From Candidatus Uhrbacteria bacterium (lineage in GTDB: Bacteria > Patescibacteriota > Patescibacteriia > 2-12-FULL-60-25), in NCBI GenBank assembly GCA_027330985.1, contig DAHVZI010000002.1:1-11161 (forward strand): 11,161 bases of DNA, given 5' to 3'. The notes beneath the pieces are model-generated. The model did not search any database. It saw only the letters and a program-made list of their open reading frames with translations, and was not told the DNA's origin. This document shows, in pieces, positions 1 through 6,183 of the stretch. The translations under genes and the position numbers were made by a program. Positions within the stretch are counted from its first letter, which is position 1. Each line of letters opens with the position of its first letter.

Positions 1-581
<581 letters not shown>

Positions 582-634
582 TAGGGAGAATATTTATCTC
601 GAATTTATTCGGGATTAGATTCCCAGGTCGATTA

Positions 635-652
635 CTTTGCAGCAATGCAAAG
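635..652 (+). other. 7-bp hairpin with GCAA (GNRA) tetraloop in the 16S 3' trailer (CTTTGCA-GCAA-TGCAAAG). Possible precursor-rRNA processing or structural element.
   Basis: Perfect inverted repeat ~55 nt after the mature 16S 3' end. Confidence 0.3.
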
Positions 653-696
653 AGTCACCCCGGTGTGGTCATAGTCACTTTTCTGTTGTTGTCCCC

Positions 697-755
697 GCCA
701 CAGGCGGGTGCGCCTGTGGCGCAGAAACAAGACATCCGCGTAAGCGGGTGTTTTT
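697..755 (+). terminator. Possible rRNA transcript terminator region. A perfect 10-bp hairpin (GCCACAGGCG-GGTG-CGCCTGTGGC, 697-720) is followed by a short GC stem with GTAA loop (736-747) and a T5 run (751-755).
   Basis: Inverted repeats and T-run read from the sequence. No 23S follows, so the rRNA transcript must end in this region. Confidence 0.3.
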
Positions 756-811
756 GGTATAAAAAATCGTACCGCGTACTGCGTACCGCGTGCTTCGTGG
801 AGGCTGGGACG

Positions 812-839
812 TTGACAGCACAAGCGAAACTGCTATATA
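812..839 (+). promoter_or_regulatory. Sigma70-like promoter: TTGACA (812-817), 16-nt spacer, TGcTATATA extended -10 (831-839)
   Basis: Consensus -35 hexamer and TG-extended -10 with 16-nt spacing. They sit ~30 nt upstream of the GGAGG SD (856-860) and ATG 868. Confidence 0.5.
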
Positions 840-867
840 TAATGCGAGTTCTTTTGGAGGGCTGAGC

Positions 868-1164
868 ATGGAAGACGAGGATCTCTACAGGGCGATCGAA
901 TTTTTGGAACGCGGACAGGCGCTGGTGACTCCGGCACACGCCGTGATAAAGAAATTCGGTGGCCAGTTGGTGGCCGTGCGTGTGGGTTGTGGCGAGCCTG
1001 TAGTCTACGAGCTCCGTAGCTCGTGGCACGCCGTGGAGTGGATGAACCGTTGGGATATGCGGCTCTGGCCGACGGTCGAGGCTATAACCAAACAGCTGCC
1101 GAATGACATGGATGAGGTCCATTATGTAATCCGGTTATTGCTCGACCAGCCGACACTCGGCTAG
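868..1164 (+). CDS. Hypothetical small protein (98 aa), no recognisable family
   Basis: ATG at 868 is preceded by GGAGG at 7-nt spacing and by the promoter above. The ORF runs to TAG 1162-1164. The ORF-track start at 790 is an upstream in-frame alternative, but the SD supports 868. An overlapping minus-strand ORF (655-1122) lacks such signals. Confidence 0.55.
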   Translation: MEDEDLYRAIEFLERGQALVTPAHAVIKKFGGQLVAVRVGCGEPVVYELRSSWHAVEWMNRWDMRLWPTVEAITKQLPNDMDEVHYVIRLLLDQPTLG

Positions 1165-1310
1165 GCTCAAGGAGCCCCTGCATCGCTGAGGATACGACCA
1201 TCGGTCGCTCCTTGCGGTGCTTTTCGTTTGTTAATAAGAAAGACGCACCGGAAAGACTGGCAGTAACGGGCGTTTTTGTTTTTCGGGTCGGTTGGATATG
1301 ATGTGGCAGT

Positions 1311-2468
1311 ATGGATTTTAATAGACCCACAATACGCAAAGAATATGTACCCAAGATGGGTAACCGCTTGGCGGGAGGGGATACGGTACGGACACCAGAC
1401 AGGGTGCCTTCGGGAGTCGAGGTTTCTTTGGAGATGGCGCTTAAGGCGTTGCTTGCGCGGGCCGAGAAGGAAAATCCGCATATCGCAAGGCTGTCTTTGC
1501 GTCTTCTTTCCAAGGGGGGAGAGAACATAGTGCTTGAATCCAGTGGTGCGAAGCACAAGGGTACGGTGTATAAGTTCAATTTCTTGAATTCATGGCCGGT
1601 CCTGATAGCGTCGAGCATGGGGCAAGAGGCGTTTGATGCGGCGGTCTCTGCGATGAAGGAGAAACAATCTACGCGAGAAGCCGACAATAAGGAGTTGCGT
1701 CAGTATTTCGGCGACACGGCGGTCATCCCGCAACGGTCTTTCGTCTGGAATGTGCCGGTCAGCTTCGATTTGGCGAAAAGCCTGATGCCAAAGCAGAAAC
1801 TCCACGCAGTCGGGGCAGCCGAATCGATACCTGTTTGGGTGACGATGCAGCGCAAGATGGATCTGAGAAGTGATGACGTGCTTTCGGTGACCGGATACTA
1901 TCCTGAGGATCAGTACAACCGGCCGCCGGGCGAAAAGCCTACAATATCCGACGAAGCCTATGATTTGGCTCACGAGATCCTGATCGGGCACGAACCGTTC
2001 GGTACGATGGACCATGAAAAGATGGATGCGATCGTCGCCATGTACCCTGATCTCGGGACATTAAATATGATGTGCCATGAGAGCCCGGCTTTCAGGGACA
2101 GATTGGCTGATTTGACGTCACGCTTGATCTCTTATGCCAAGGAGACAGGCAAGGTGCTGGATCTTGCCGGGGATAACAACCTATTGTTGGAGAGGAAAGA
2201 AAAAGGGTGGAAGACCATATTGCTGGATGTGTTGCCAGGCATAGACATAAAATTCGATGATATCCTGCCTGTGTTAGAGAAATACAAGACGGCGGATGGC
2301 CCCTCAAGGATGCGCTTGGGATATGCCTTGAATGTCTTGAATACGGTCAGGTTCAGTAATGCACTCGCGGAGATAAGCGGAGTCAGGGAACGAATTACGA
2401 TCGACGGTTTGGAGCAAGTCCCGGCAGCTTACTGGCGAGAGAATCTGCCGCCTTTGCTGCAAAGATGA
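1311..2468 (+). CDS. Hypothetical protein, paralog A (385 aa). Possible protein-kinase-like fold.
   Basis: Long ORF starting at ATG. It is clearly homologous to the next ORF along its full length (VYKFNFLNSWP/VYKVSYFESLP, YFGDTAVIPQRSF/YFGFNAVPPQRFV, IPVWVTMQRK/LPVWVCVQRK, GYYPE, SYAKETGKVLDLAGDNNLLLERKEKGW/TYTKETGELMELAGEENAVLLKEKAGW, LNTVRFSNALAEI/LNTLRFINALALI). This divergence between copies supports + strand coding. The kinase-like motifs are: Gly-rich KGGENIVL; VYK (K at nt 1572-1574); LDLAGDNNLLL (D at 2160-2162), which fits the HxDhxxxNhh catalytic loop; and ILLDVLP (D at 2226-2228), which is DFG-like. Confidence 0.8.
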   Translation: MDFNRPTIRKEYVPKMGNRLAGGDTVRTPDRVPSGVEVSLEMALKALLARAEKENPHIARLSLRLLSKGGENIVLESSGAKHKGTVYKFNFLNSWPVLIASSMGQEAFDAAVSAMKEKQSTREADNKELRQYFGDTAVIPQRSFVWNVPVSFDLAKSLMPKQKLHAVGAAESIPVWVTMQRKMDLRSDDVLSVTGYYPEDQYNRPPGEKPTISDEAYDLAHEILIGHEPFGTMDHEKMDAIVAMYPDLGTLNMMCHESPAFRDRLADLTSRLISYAKETGKVLDLAGDNNLLLERKEKGWKTILLDVLPGIDIKFDDILPVLEKYKTADGPSRMRLGYALNVLNTVRFSNALAEISGVRERITIDGLEQVPAAYWRENLPPLLQR

Positions 2469-2469
2469 T

Positions 2470-3585
2470 ATGGGAAGAATAGAGAAAATGTTCAGAGAGA
2501 CCAAAGTCGCGGCGAAAGCCACCTTCAATAGGGCGAAGCGCGGTTTTTCTCCGATCGAGCCCGCGATGGCGGCAGCCGTGGATACTGCGCTGACGAACCA
2601 GAAACATTGGCCGTATCTGGCGGCGAGAGGCGGGGAGCATCTGGTTTTTTCGTTCGATGATCCACGCTTGCAGGGCATAGTCTATAAGGTGAGCTATTTC
2701 GAGAGCTTGCCGATTTTGAGCGCTTGGTATGAGGGCGAAGATGCCGTTGAACGAAAATTGGAGTCCATGCATGAGGAGATGGACCAGCGTACGGCGAAAC
2801 TCAAACGGATGCGTGAATATTTCGGTTTCAACGCTGTGCCGCCGCAGCGTTTTGTGATCAAAAAATTGCCGGTGACCCATGCGTTGATCATGGCTCTGAA
2901 AGCGGAACATCTAGTGCAGGGAATGGATTTGCCTAAAGAGCTGCCGGTTTGGGTGTGCGTCCAAAGAAAAATCAAGAAACCTGAAGGGCAGACCTATCCT
3001 TTGAACGGATATTATCCGGAAAGCAAGAAAAGGCTTGGCAGGTCTTGGAGCAAGGAGGATATCGAGACTTATGACGCAGCGCATGATGTATTGTTCGGTG
3101 GTCCGTTGAGTGGGATGGATCAAGCGTCGCAGGAGCGATGGGTATTGTTGGAATATCCGGAGCTTCTTCCATTGTGGCAGGCGATGATAGGAGATCCGGC
3201 CCTCAAGAAAGAATTGCAGGATGTCGTCAAGAAGCTCATCACTTATACTAAAGAAACTGGTGAGTTGATGGAGTTGGCTGGGGAAGAGAATGCGGTTCTG
3301 CTTAAGGAGAAAGCCGGGTGGCAGGTCAAGTTGTTCGACGCTTTGCCCACGAAGGGCTTAAATCTTGAGAGATTCAGGGAAGTAACGGCGAAGTTAAAGT
3401 CCGGTAGGTCTTTGACGATGCCACAGAGATATGTGGCGATGAATGGTCTGAATACCTTGCGTTTCATCAACGCTTTGGCGCTGATCGCGGAAGTCCCGGA
3501 GAGGATGGTAGAGCCTGATGTATTATCCGTACCAGCTGAGACTTGGCGGCAAGAGATATCTAAAATCTTCAAAGACAAGACATAA
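2470..3585 (+). CDS. Hypothetical protein, paralog B (371 aa). Kinase-like fold with acidic substitutions in the catalytic-loop motif.
   Basis: ATG 2470 lies 1 nt after TGA 2466-2468 of paralog A (translational coupling). It has the same motif set: RGGEHLVF, IVYKV, MELAGEENAVLL (D->E at both Asp positions, Asn kept), KLFDALP (Asp kept). The gene ends at TAA 3583-3585, directly followed by a hairpin terminator. Confidence 0.8.
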   Translation: MGRIEKMFRETKVAAKATFNRAKRGFSPIEPAMAAAVDTALTNQKHWPYLAARGGEHLVFSFDDPRLQGIVYKVSYFESLPILSAWYEGEDAVERKLESMHEEMDQRTAKLKRMREYFGFNAVPPQRFVIKKLPVTHALIMALKAEHLVQGMDLPKELPVWVCVQRKIKKPEGQTYPLNGYYPESKKRLGRSWSKEDIETYDAAHDVLFGGPLSGMDQASQERWVLLEYPELLPLWQAMIGDPALKKELQDVVKKLITYTKETGELMELAGEENAVLLKEKAGWQVKLFDALPTKGLNLERFREVTAKLKSGRSLTMPQRYVAMNGLNTLRFINALALIAEVPERMVEPDVLSVPAETWRQEISKIFKDKT

Positions 3586-3647
3586 CAAAACATCCTCTTG
3601 CGAGGATGTCTTGTATGGTGGACGGCAGAGGAGTCGAACCTCTGACC
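3582..3647. repeat. Direct repeat copy 1 (66 nt; terminator hairpin plus 32 nt of tRNA 3' end). It matches copy 2 except for differences within GTCTTGTA/GTTTTGCA.
   Basis: ATAACAAAACATCCTCTTGCGAGGATGTCTTGTATGGTGGACGGCAGAGGAGTCGAACCTCTGACC compared directly with 3971-4036. Confidence 0.9.
3591..3615. terminator. Rho-independent terminator, bidirectional. Hairpin CATCCTC-TTGC-GAGGATG flanked by A-rich 5' and TCTTGT 3' sequence.
   Basis: 7-bp perfect stem with U-rich tails on both strands. It sits immediately after the paralog B stop (+ strand) and immediately after the CCA end of the tRNA-like fragment (minus strand). Confidence 0.6.
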
Positions 3648-3678
3648 TCCCCGGTGTCCACCGGGGCGCTCTAATCAA
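3616..3678 (-). pseudogene. Degenerate tRNA fragment (D-loop to CCA, ~63 nt). The acceptor 5' strand and D-stem 5' strand are missing, and the anticodon arm is non-canonical.
   Basis: The minus-strand sequence reads ..TTGATTAGAGCG-CCCCGG-TGGACA-CCGGGG-AGGTC-AGAGG-TTCGACT-CCTCT-GCCGTCC-A-CCA. From the variable loop to CCA it is identical to tRNA-Val at 4005-4081, and the D-loop is 11/12 identical. The anticodon arm is replaced by a 6-bp GC stem with a 6-nt loop still centred on GAC. No 5' acceptor strand (GGACGGC) lies upstream, because the GIY-YIG stop codon is at 3690. Confidence 0.6.
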
Positions 3679-3689
3679 TCATCTTTTTG

Positions 3690-3956
3690 TTAATTCGAAT
3701 CGATGAAAATCTTTTTTTCTTTGATGATTCGTTTAATCAAGCTCCTATCTTTCCAAGATTTAATTCTATATTCTAACCGTCTCGCTTGAAGTAAGGTCTT
3801 AGTTTCACGATAGAATTCACATGACCATGGTCGTCCCGAGGCTGTGGACTTAGTCATCCCTGTATTGTGTTCGTGTAAGCGTCGGTTTAGATTATCGGTC
3901 GATCCGATATAAAAGCGATTTCGTGTTTTTGAAAATAAGATGTAACAGTAGGCCAT
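3690..3956 (-). CDS. GIY-YIG nuclease family protein (small, 88 aa, URI-domain only)
   Basis: The N-terminus MAYCYILFSKTRNRFYIGSTDNLNRRLHEHN matches the GIY-YIG signature (YILxS...YIGxTxNLxxRLxxHN). ATG on minus strand at 3954-3956, stop at 3690-3692. Confidence 0.8.
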   Translation of the reverse strand: MAYCYILFSKTRNRFYIGSTDNLNRRLHEHNTGMTKSTASGRPWSCEFYRETKTLLQARRLEYRIKSWKDRSLIKRIIKEKKIFIDSN

Positions 3957-3970
3957 GCTCCAGAGCTAAT

Positions 3971-4036
3971 ATAACAAAACATCCTCTTGCGAGGATGTTT
4001 TGCATGGTGGACGGCAGAGGAGTCGAACCTCTGACC
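3971..4036. repeat. Direct repeat copy 2 (66 nt), overlapping the terminator and the 3' 32 nt of tRNA-Val
   Basis: See copy 1. Confidence 0.9.
3981..4004. terminator. Rho-independent terminator downstream of tRNA-Val (same hairpin as 3591-3608, followed by TTTTG on + and preceded by AACAAAA)
   Basis: CATCCTC-TTGC-GAGGATG-TTTTG. On the minus strand the tRNA CCA end is followed by the hairpin and a TTTTGTT run. Confidence 0.6.
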
Positions 4037-4081
4037 TTCACAATGTCAATGTGACGCTCTAACCAACTGAGCTAGCCGTCC
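4005..4081 (-). tRNA. tRNA-Val (anticodon GAC), CCA encoded
   Basis: The minus-strand sequence is GGACGGC-TA-GCTC-AGTTGGTTA-GAGC-G-TCACA-TTGACAT-TGTGA-AGGTC-AGAGG-TTCGACT-CCTCT-GCCGTCC-A-CCA. This gives a 7-bp acceptor stem, 4-bp D stem, 5-bp anticodon stem with 7-nt loop (T-T-GAC-A-T), 5-nt variable loop and 5-bp T stem with TTCGA. Confidence 0.9.
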
Positions 4082-4182
4082 GGACTTAGTCATTTTTAGT
4101 GTCTAAAATGCGGTGCAAATTTAGCCGAAAAGATGGAATATGTCAAACAGGTCTGGAGACCGTAGGTTGGTGCGTGTGATAC

Positions 4183-4204
4183 TTGTCTCGGGATGTGCTA
4201 TAAT
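4183..4204 (+). promoter_or_regulatory. Candidate promoter with extended -10 (TGcTATAAT, 4196-4204) and a weak -35-like TTGTCT (4183-4188) at suboptimal 10-nt spacing
   Basis: Perfect TATAAT with upstream TG, ~38 nt before ATG 4242. Confidence 0.4.
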
Positions 4205-4241
4205 CAAACGGACATTAATCATTTCCTAATATCCTCATTTT

Positions 4242-4814
4242 ATGGAGGCGAAAAGACCAAAACAAAAACGTACTGTTAGAAAGACACCAAAAGCATCGGG
4301 TTCACCGATCCCTTGCGGTCCTACTGGCGGCTCCATGGAAGACATGCCGAGTACATGCGGGCATTATGGTTGTACCGGTGGTACATGCAACGTCAGGTAT
4401 GTCGGTCCGACGACACATATCCGTGATCATCACATCGTACATGCAGCGAGGGGCGCCTCCAATGTCTGGACGGCCGCAATCGTAGCTGGTTTGGCGGTGG
4501 TGTTGACTGGCGCGATCGCCTATACCGCACTAGGCGCTGATTATAACCAACCGGCGATCAATAACATGGGTGGTCAATTCAGCTTGATCAACCAAAGGCT
4601 TGATCGCATGGAAGATATGATGCAGGCAGTGATGGACAAGCAGCAACAACCCGTCGTGACACAGAATCCAGCGCCTACCCAATCGAGCAATGATGCATGT
4701 CTGTCGACCTGTTCGGATGCGACGCTGGCATGTTTCGATAAAGCCGGAGATGACGTGCCTGCAAGGCAGGATTGTTTGGCTACGGACAGGGCCTGCAGGG
4801 CAGCTTGTAAGTGA
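4242..4814 (+). CDS. Hypothetical single-pass membrane protein (190 aa) with a basic, Cys/His-rich cytoplasmic N-terminus and a 6-Cys C-terminal domain
   Basis: ORF with ATG start. The hydrophobic segment VWTAAIVAGLAVVLTGAIAYTAL is a predicted TM helix. The N-terminal part carries CGPTGG...CGHYGCTGGTC and HIRDHHIVH. The C-terminus carries CLSTCSDATLACFD...CLATDRACRAAC. No strong SD; the start could alternatively be the internal Met at ~4335. Confidence 0.55.
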   Translation: MEAKRPKQKRTVRKTPKASGSPIPCGPTGGSMEDMPSTCGHYGCTGGTCNVRYVGPTTHIRDHHIVHAARGASNVWTAAIVAGLAVVLTGAIAYTALGADYNQPAINNMGGQFSLINQRLDRMEDMMQAVMDKQQQPVVTQNPAPTQSSNDACLSTCSDATLACFDKAGDDVPARQDCLATDRACRAACK

Positions 4815-4832
4815 TTAACGAGGACATAAAAC

Positions 4833-4860
4833 AAAAACTTCCCGACATGGGAAGTTTTTG
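4833..4860. terminator. Bidirectional rho-independent terminator between convergent genes (AAAACTTCCC-GACAT-GGGAAGTTTTT)
   Basis: 8-bp stem flanked by A-run on the 5' side and T5 on the 3' side. It lies between stop 4814 (+) and stop 4862 (-). Confidence 0.65.
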
Positions 4861-4861
4861 T

Positions 4862-6007
4862 TCAGGTGCGCGTGTTCTTCAGCGCTGACATGGTCTGTTT
4901 AAGCTTGTCGATTATCTGATGGCTCGTCGTCACGATATCGCCGCCGGGCGGGAAATCGAGTTCCGCATATTCACGCGTACCTGTCGCGCCGAACGGGCGG
5001 GCCAGTTCCGCGGCGGAAAGCGTGCCATTGGCATGGATCATGGCTTTTCCGGATTCGGAGATCAATACGATGACTTTAGCCTCAGGGGCATAAGAGATGA
5101 GTTCTTTGGCGACTCCGTTCAGGTCGTCCAATCCGGTGCCGGTCTCTACGGCGTCTTGGTTGGTCAGGATGCTCCAGACCAAGCCGAGGTCGCGGTCCTG
5201 CTCCAGATGCGTAAGCGCTTTGCCCCAAAGTTTGAGCGTCGGGACTGTGCGTGTCCGCCAGATGCCATGTACTATCTCTTCGCGGCGCGCTCCGATGGCC
5301 AAGAGTTCGGAAGCCTTACCAAGGGTCAGGGGGGTCACGTTGGACGAGCGGAAAGATTGGGTGCGATAGATCATGCCGCTCAAAAGCGCGGTCGCGACGT
5401 CTTCATCTATCAGGTTCTTGTTCCATTCCTTGAACAGGTCGAAGAGTATCTCCGTGCTGGATGACGCATTCAGGTCCACGAGATTGATTTGGCCCCAGTG
5501 TTCGTTCGCGGGATTGCAGTCGATGTTTATGATCGGTAGACGATAGATGAAATCTGCGTGGTCGCGGAAGAGCGCACCAAGCGAATGGATATCCGGGCAG
5601 TCCAGCGCGATGATGAGGTCGAAACGGTCTTCGCCATGGCGGAAGCTTACGTCGCGCGGGGACCACTCTCCGGCTTTGGGTATGAGCGTGACGGTCAGTT
5701 GGCCGTCCTTCACGTCATAGTGCAATTCCTCTAGAGGGTTATGCGAAACGTCTAAAGATATCTCAAAAGCCCGTACTGCGCCCATGGTGTCTTTCGTCTT
5801 ATCCAGGCCCGGTAAGAAGTGCGGTTTGTTTTCCGTAGTAAGTCCCTTGGCCACCGTTTCGTATTGTTTGTTAAGTTTGGCCAAAAACAGCCCTAATGCG
5901 GCTGCGGCAGACAAACTGTCCGTTGTCCAGGGCTCTTGGGTGACGATGAGGGTCCGTTTAGAGCGGGAAATCGCCTCAATCACTTGTCTTTTTACTTCGA
6001 AACCCAT
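4862..6007 (-). CDS. DHH/DHHA1-family phosphoesterase homolog (NrnA-like, 381 aa) with apparently degenerate catalytic motifs
   Basis: The architecture and spacing match NrnA-type DHH proteins: LIVTQEPWTTDSLSAAAALGLFL (motif I region), LIIALDCPD (motif II), NIDCNPANEHWGQINLVDLNASSSTEILFDLF (motif III region; the canonical IDHHPN reads IDCNPA), and C-terminal FGATGTRE where DHHA1 normally has GGGH. The start is set at the ATG whose complement lies at 6005-6007. The ORF-track start at 6061 is a TTG 18 codons upstream. Confidence 0.6.
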   Translation of the reverse strand: MGFEVKRQVIEAISRSKRTLIVTQEPWTTDSLSAAAALGLFLAKLNKQYETVAKGLTTENKPHFLPGLDKTKDTMGAVRAFEISLDVSHNPLEELHYDVKDGQLTVTLIPKAGEWSPRDVSFRHGEDRFDLIIALDCPDIHSLGALFRDHADFIYRLPIINIDCNPANEHWGQINLVDLNASSSTEILFDLFKEWNKNLIDEDVATALLSGMIYRTQSFRSSNVTPLTLGKASELLAIGARREEIVHGIWRTRTVPTLKLWGKALTHLEQDRDLGLVWSILTNQDAVETGTGLDDLNGVAKELISYAPEAKVIVLISESGKAMIHANGTLSAAELARPFGATGTREYAELDFPPGGDIVTTSHQIIDKLKQTMSALKNTRT

Positions 6008-6142
6008 GTTCAGATAGATTAGATGATTGGCTAGCTTACATTTTGTTCGGCATAAGGTCAAGGGTTTTTTGAAGTAAAATAGGGGTTTTTTGTAAATAAT
6101 AGGTTTTACATGATTAAAGCCTCAAATAGGCAAATAATCAGG

Positions 6143-6171
6143 TTGCAGTAATGGCATAAAGCCAGTAATAT
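6143..6171 (+). promoter_or_regulatory. Sigma70-like promoter for valS: TTGCAG (6143-6148), 17-nt spacer, TAATAT (6166-6171)
   Basis: Hexamers with ideal spacing in an AT-rich divergent intergenic region. The predicted TSS is only ~6 nt before ATG 6184 (short or leaderless 5'UTR, no SD). Confidence 0.35.
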
Positions 6172-6183
6172 CCATTGGTTGAT

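Noticed and set aside
655-1122. 155-aa minus-strand ORF overlapping the 868-1164 gene
   Set aside because: The + strand gene has a consensus promoter, a strong SD and an ATG. The minus ORF has none of these and would run into the 16S trailer hairpins.
1082-2015. Minus-strand ORFs 1082-1687, 1167-1556, 1590-2015 and + ORF 1276-1530
   Set aside because: They overlap paralog A, whose + frame is validated by amino-acid-level conservation with paralog B. These are shadow ORFs.
2092-3593. Minus-strand ORFs antisense to paralogs A/B (2092-2307, 2304-2678, 2395-2910, 2694-2975, 2911-3123, 2972-3172, 3243-3593)
   Set aside because: Same reasoning: antisense shadow ORFs of validated + strand genes.
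3616-3678. Possibility that the tRNA-like fragment is a functional second tRNA (or a split/intron-containing tRNA with the GIY-YIG gene as intron)
   Set aside because: Only one copy of the 5' acceptor/D-stem strand (GGACGGCTAGCTC) exists in the window (4069-4081). The fragment has no 5' partner and a non-canonical 6-bp stem/6-nt loop anticodon arm, so it cannot form a cloverleaf.
4574-5666. ORFs 4574-4834(-), 4919-5464(+), 5097-5369(+), 5251-5433(+), 5403-5666(-), 5784-6017(+)
   Set aside because: They overlap the membrane-protein gene or the DHH-family gene on the opposite strand or in a wrong frame. DHH homology supports the minus frame 4862-6007.
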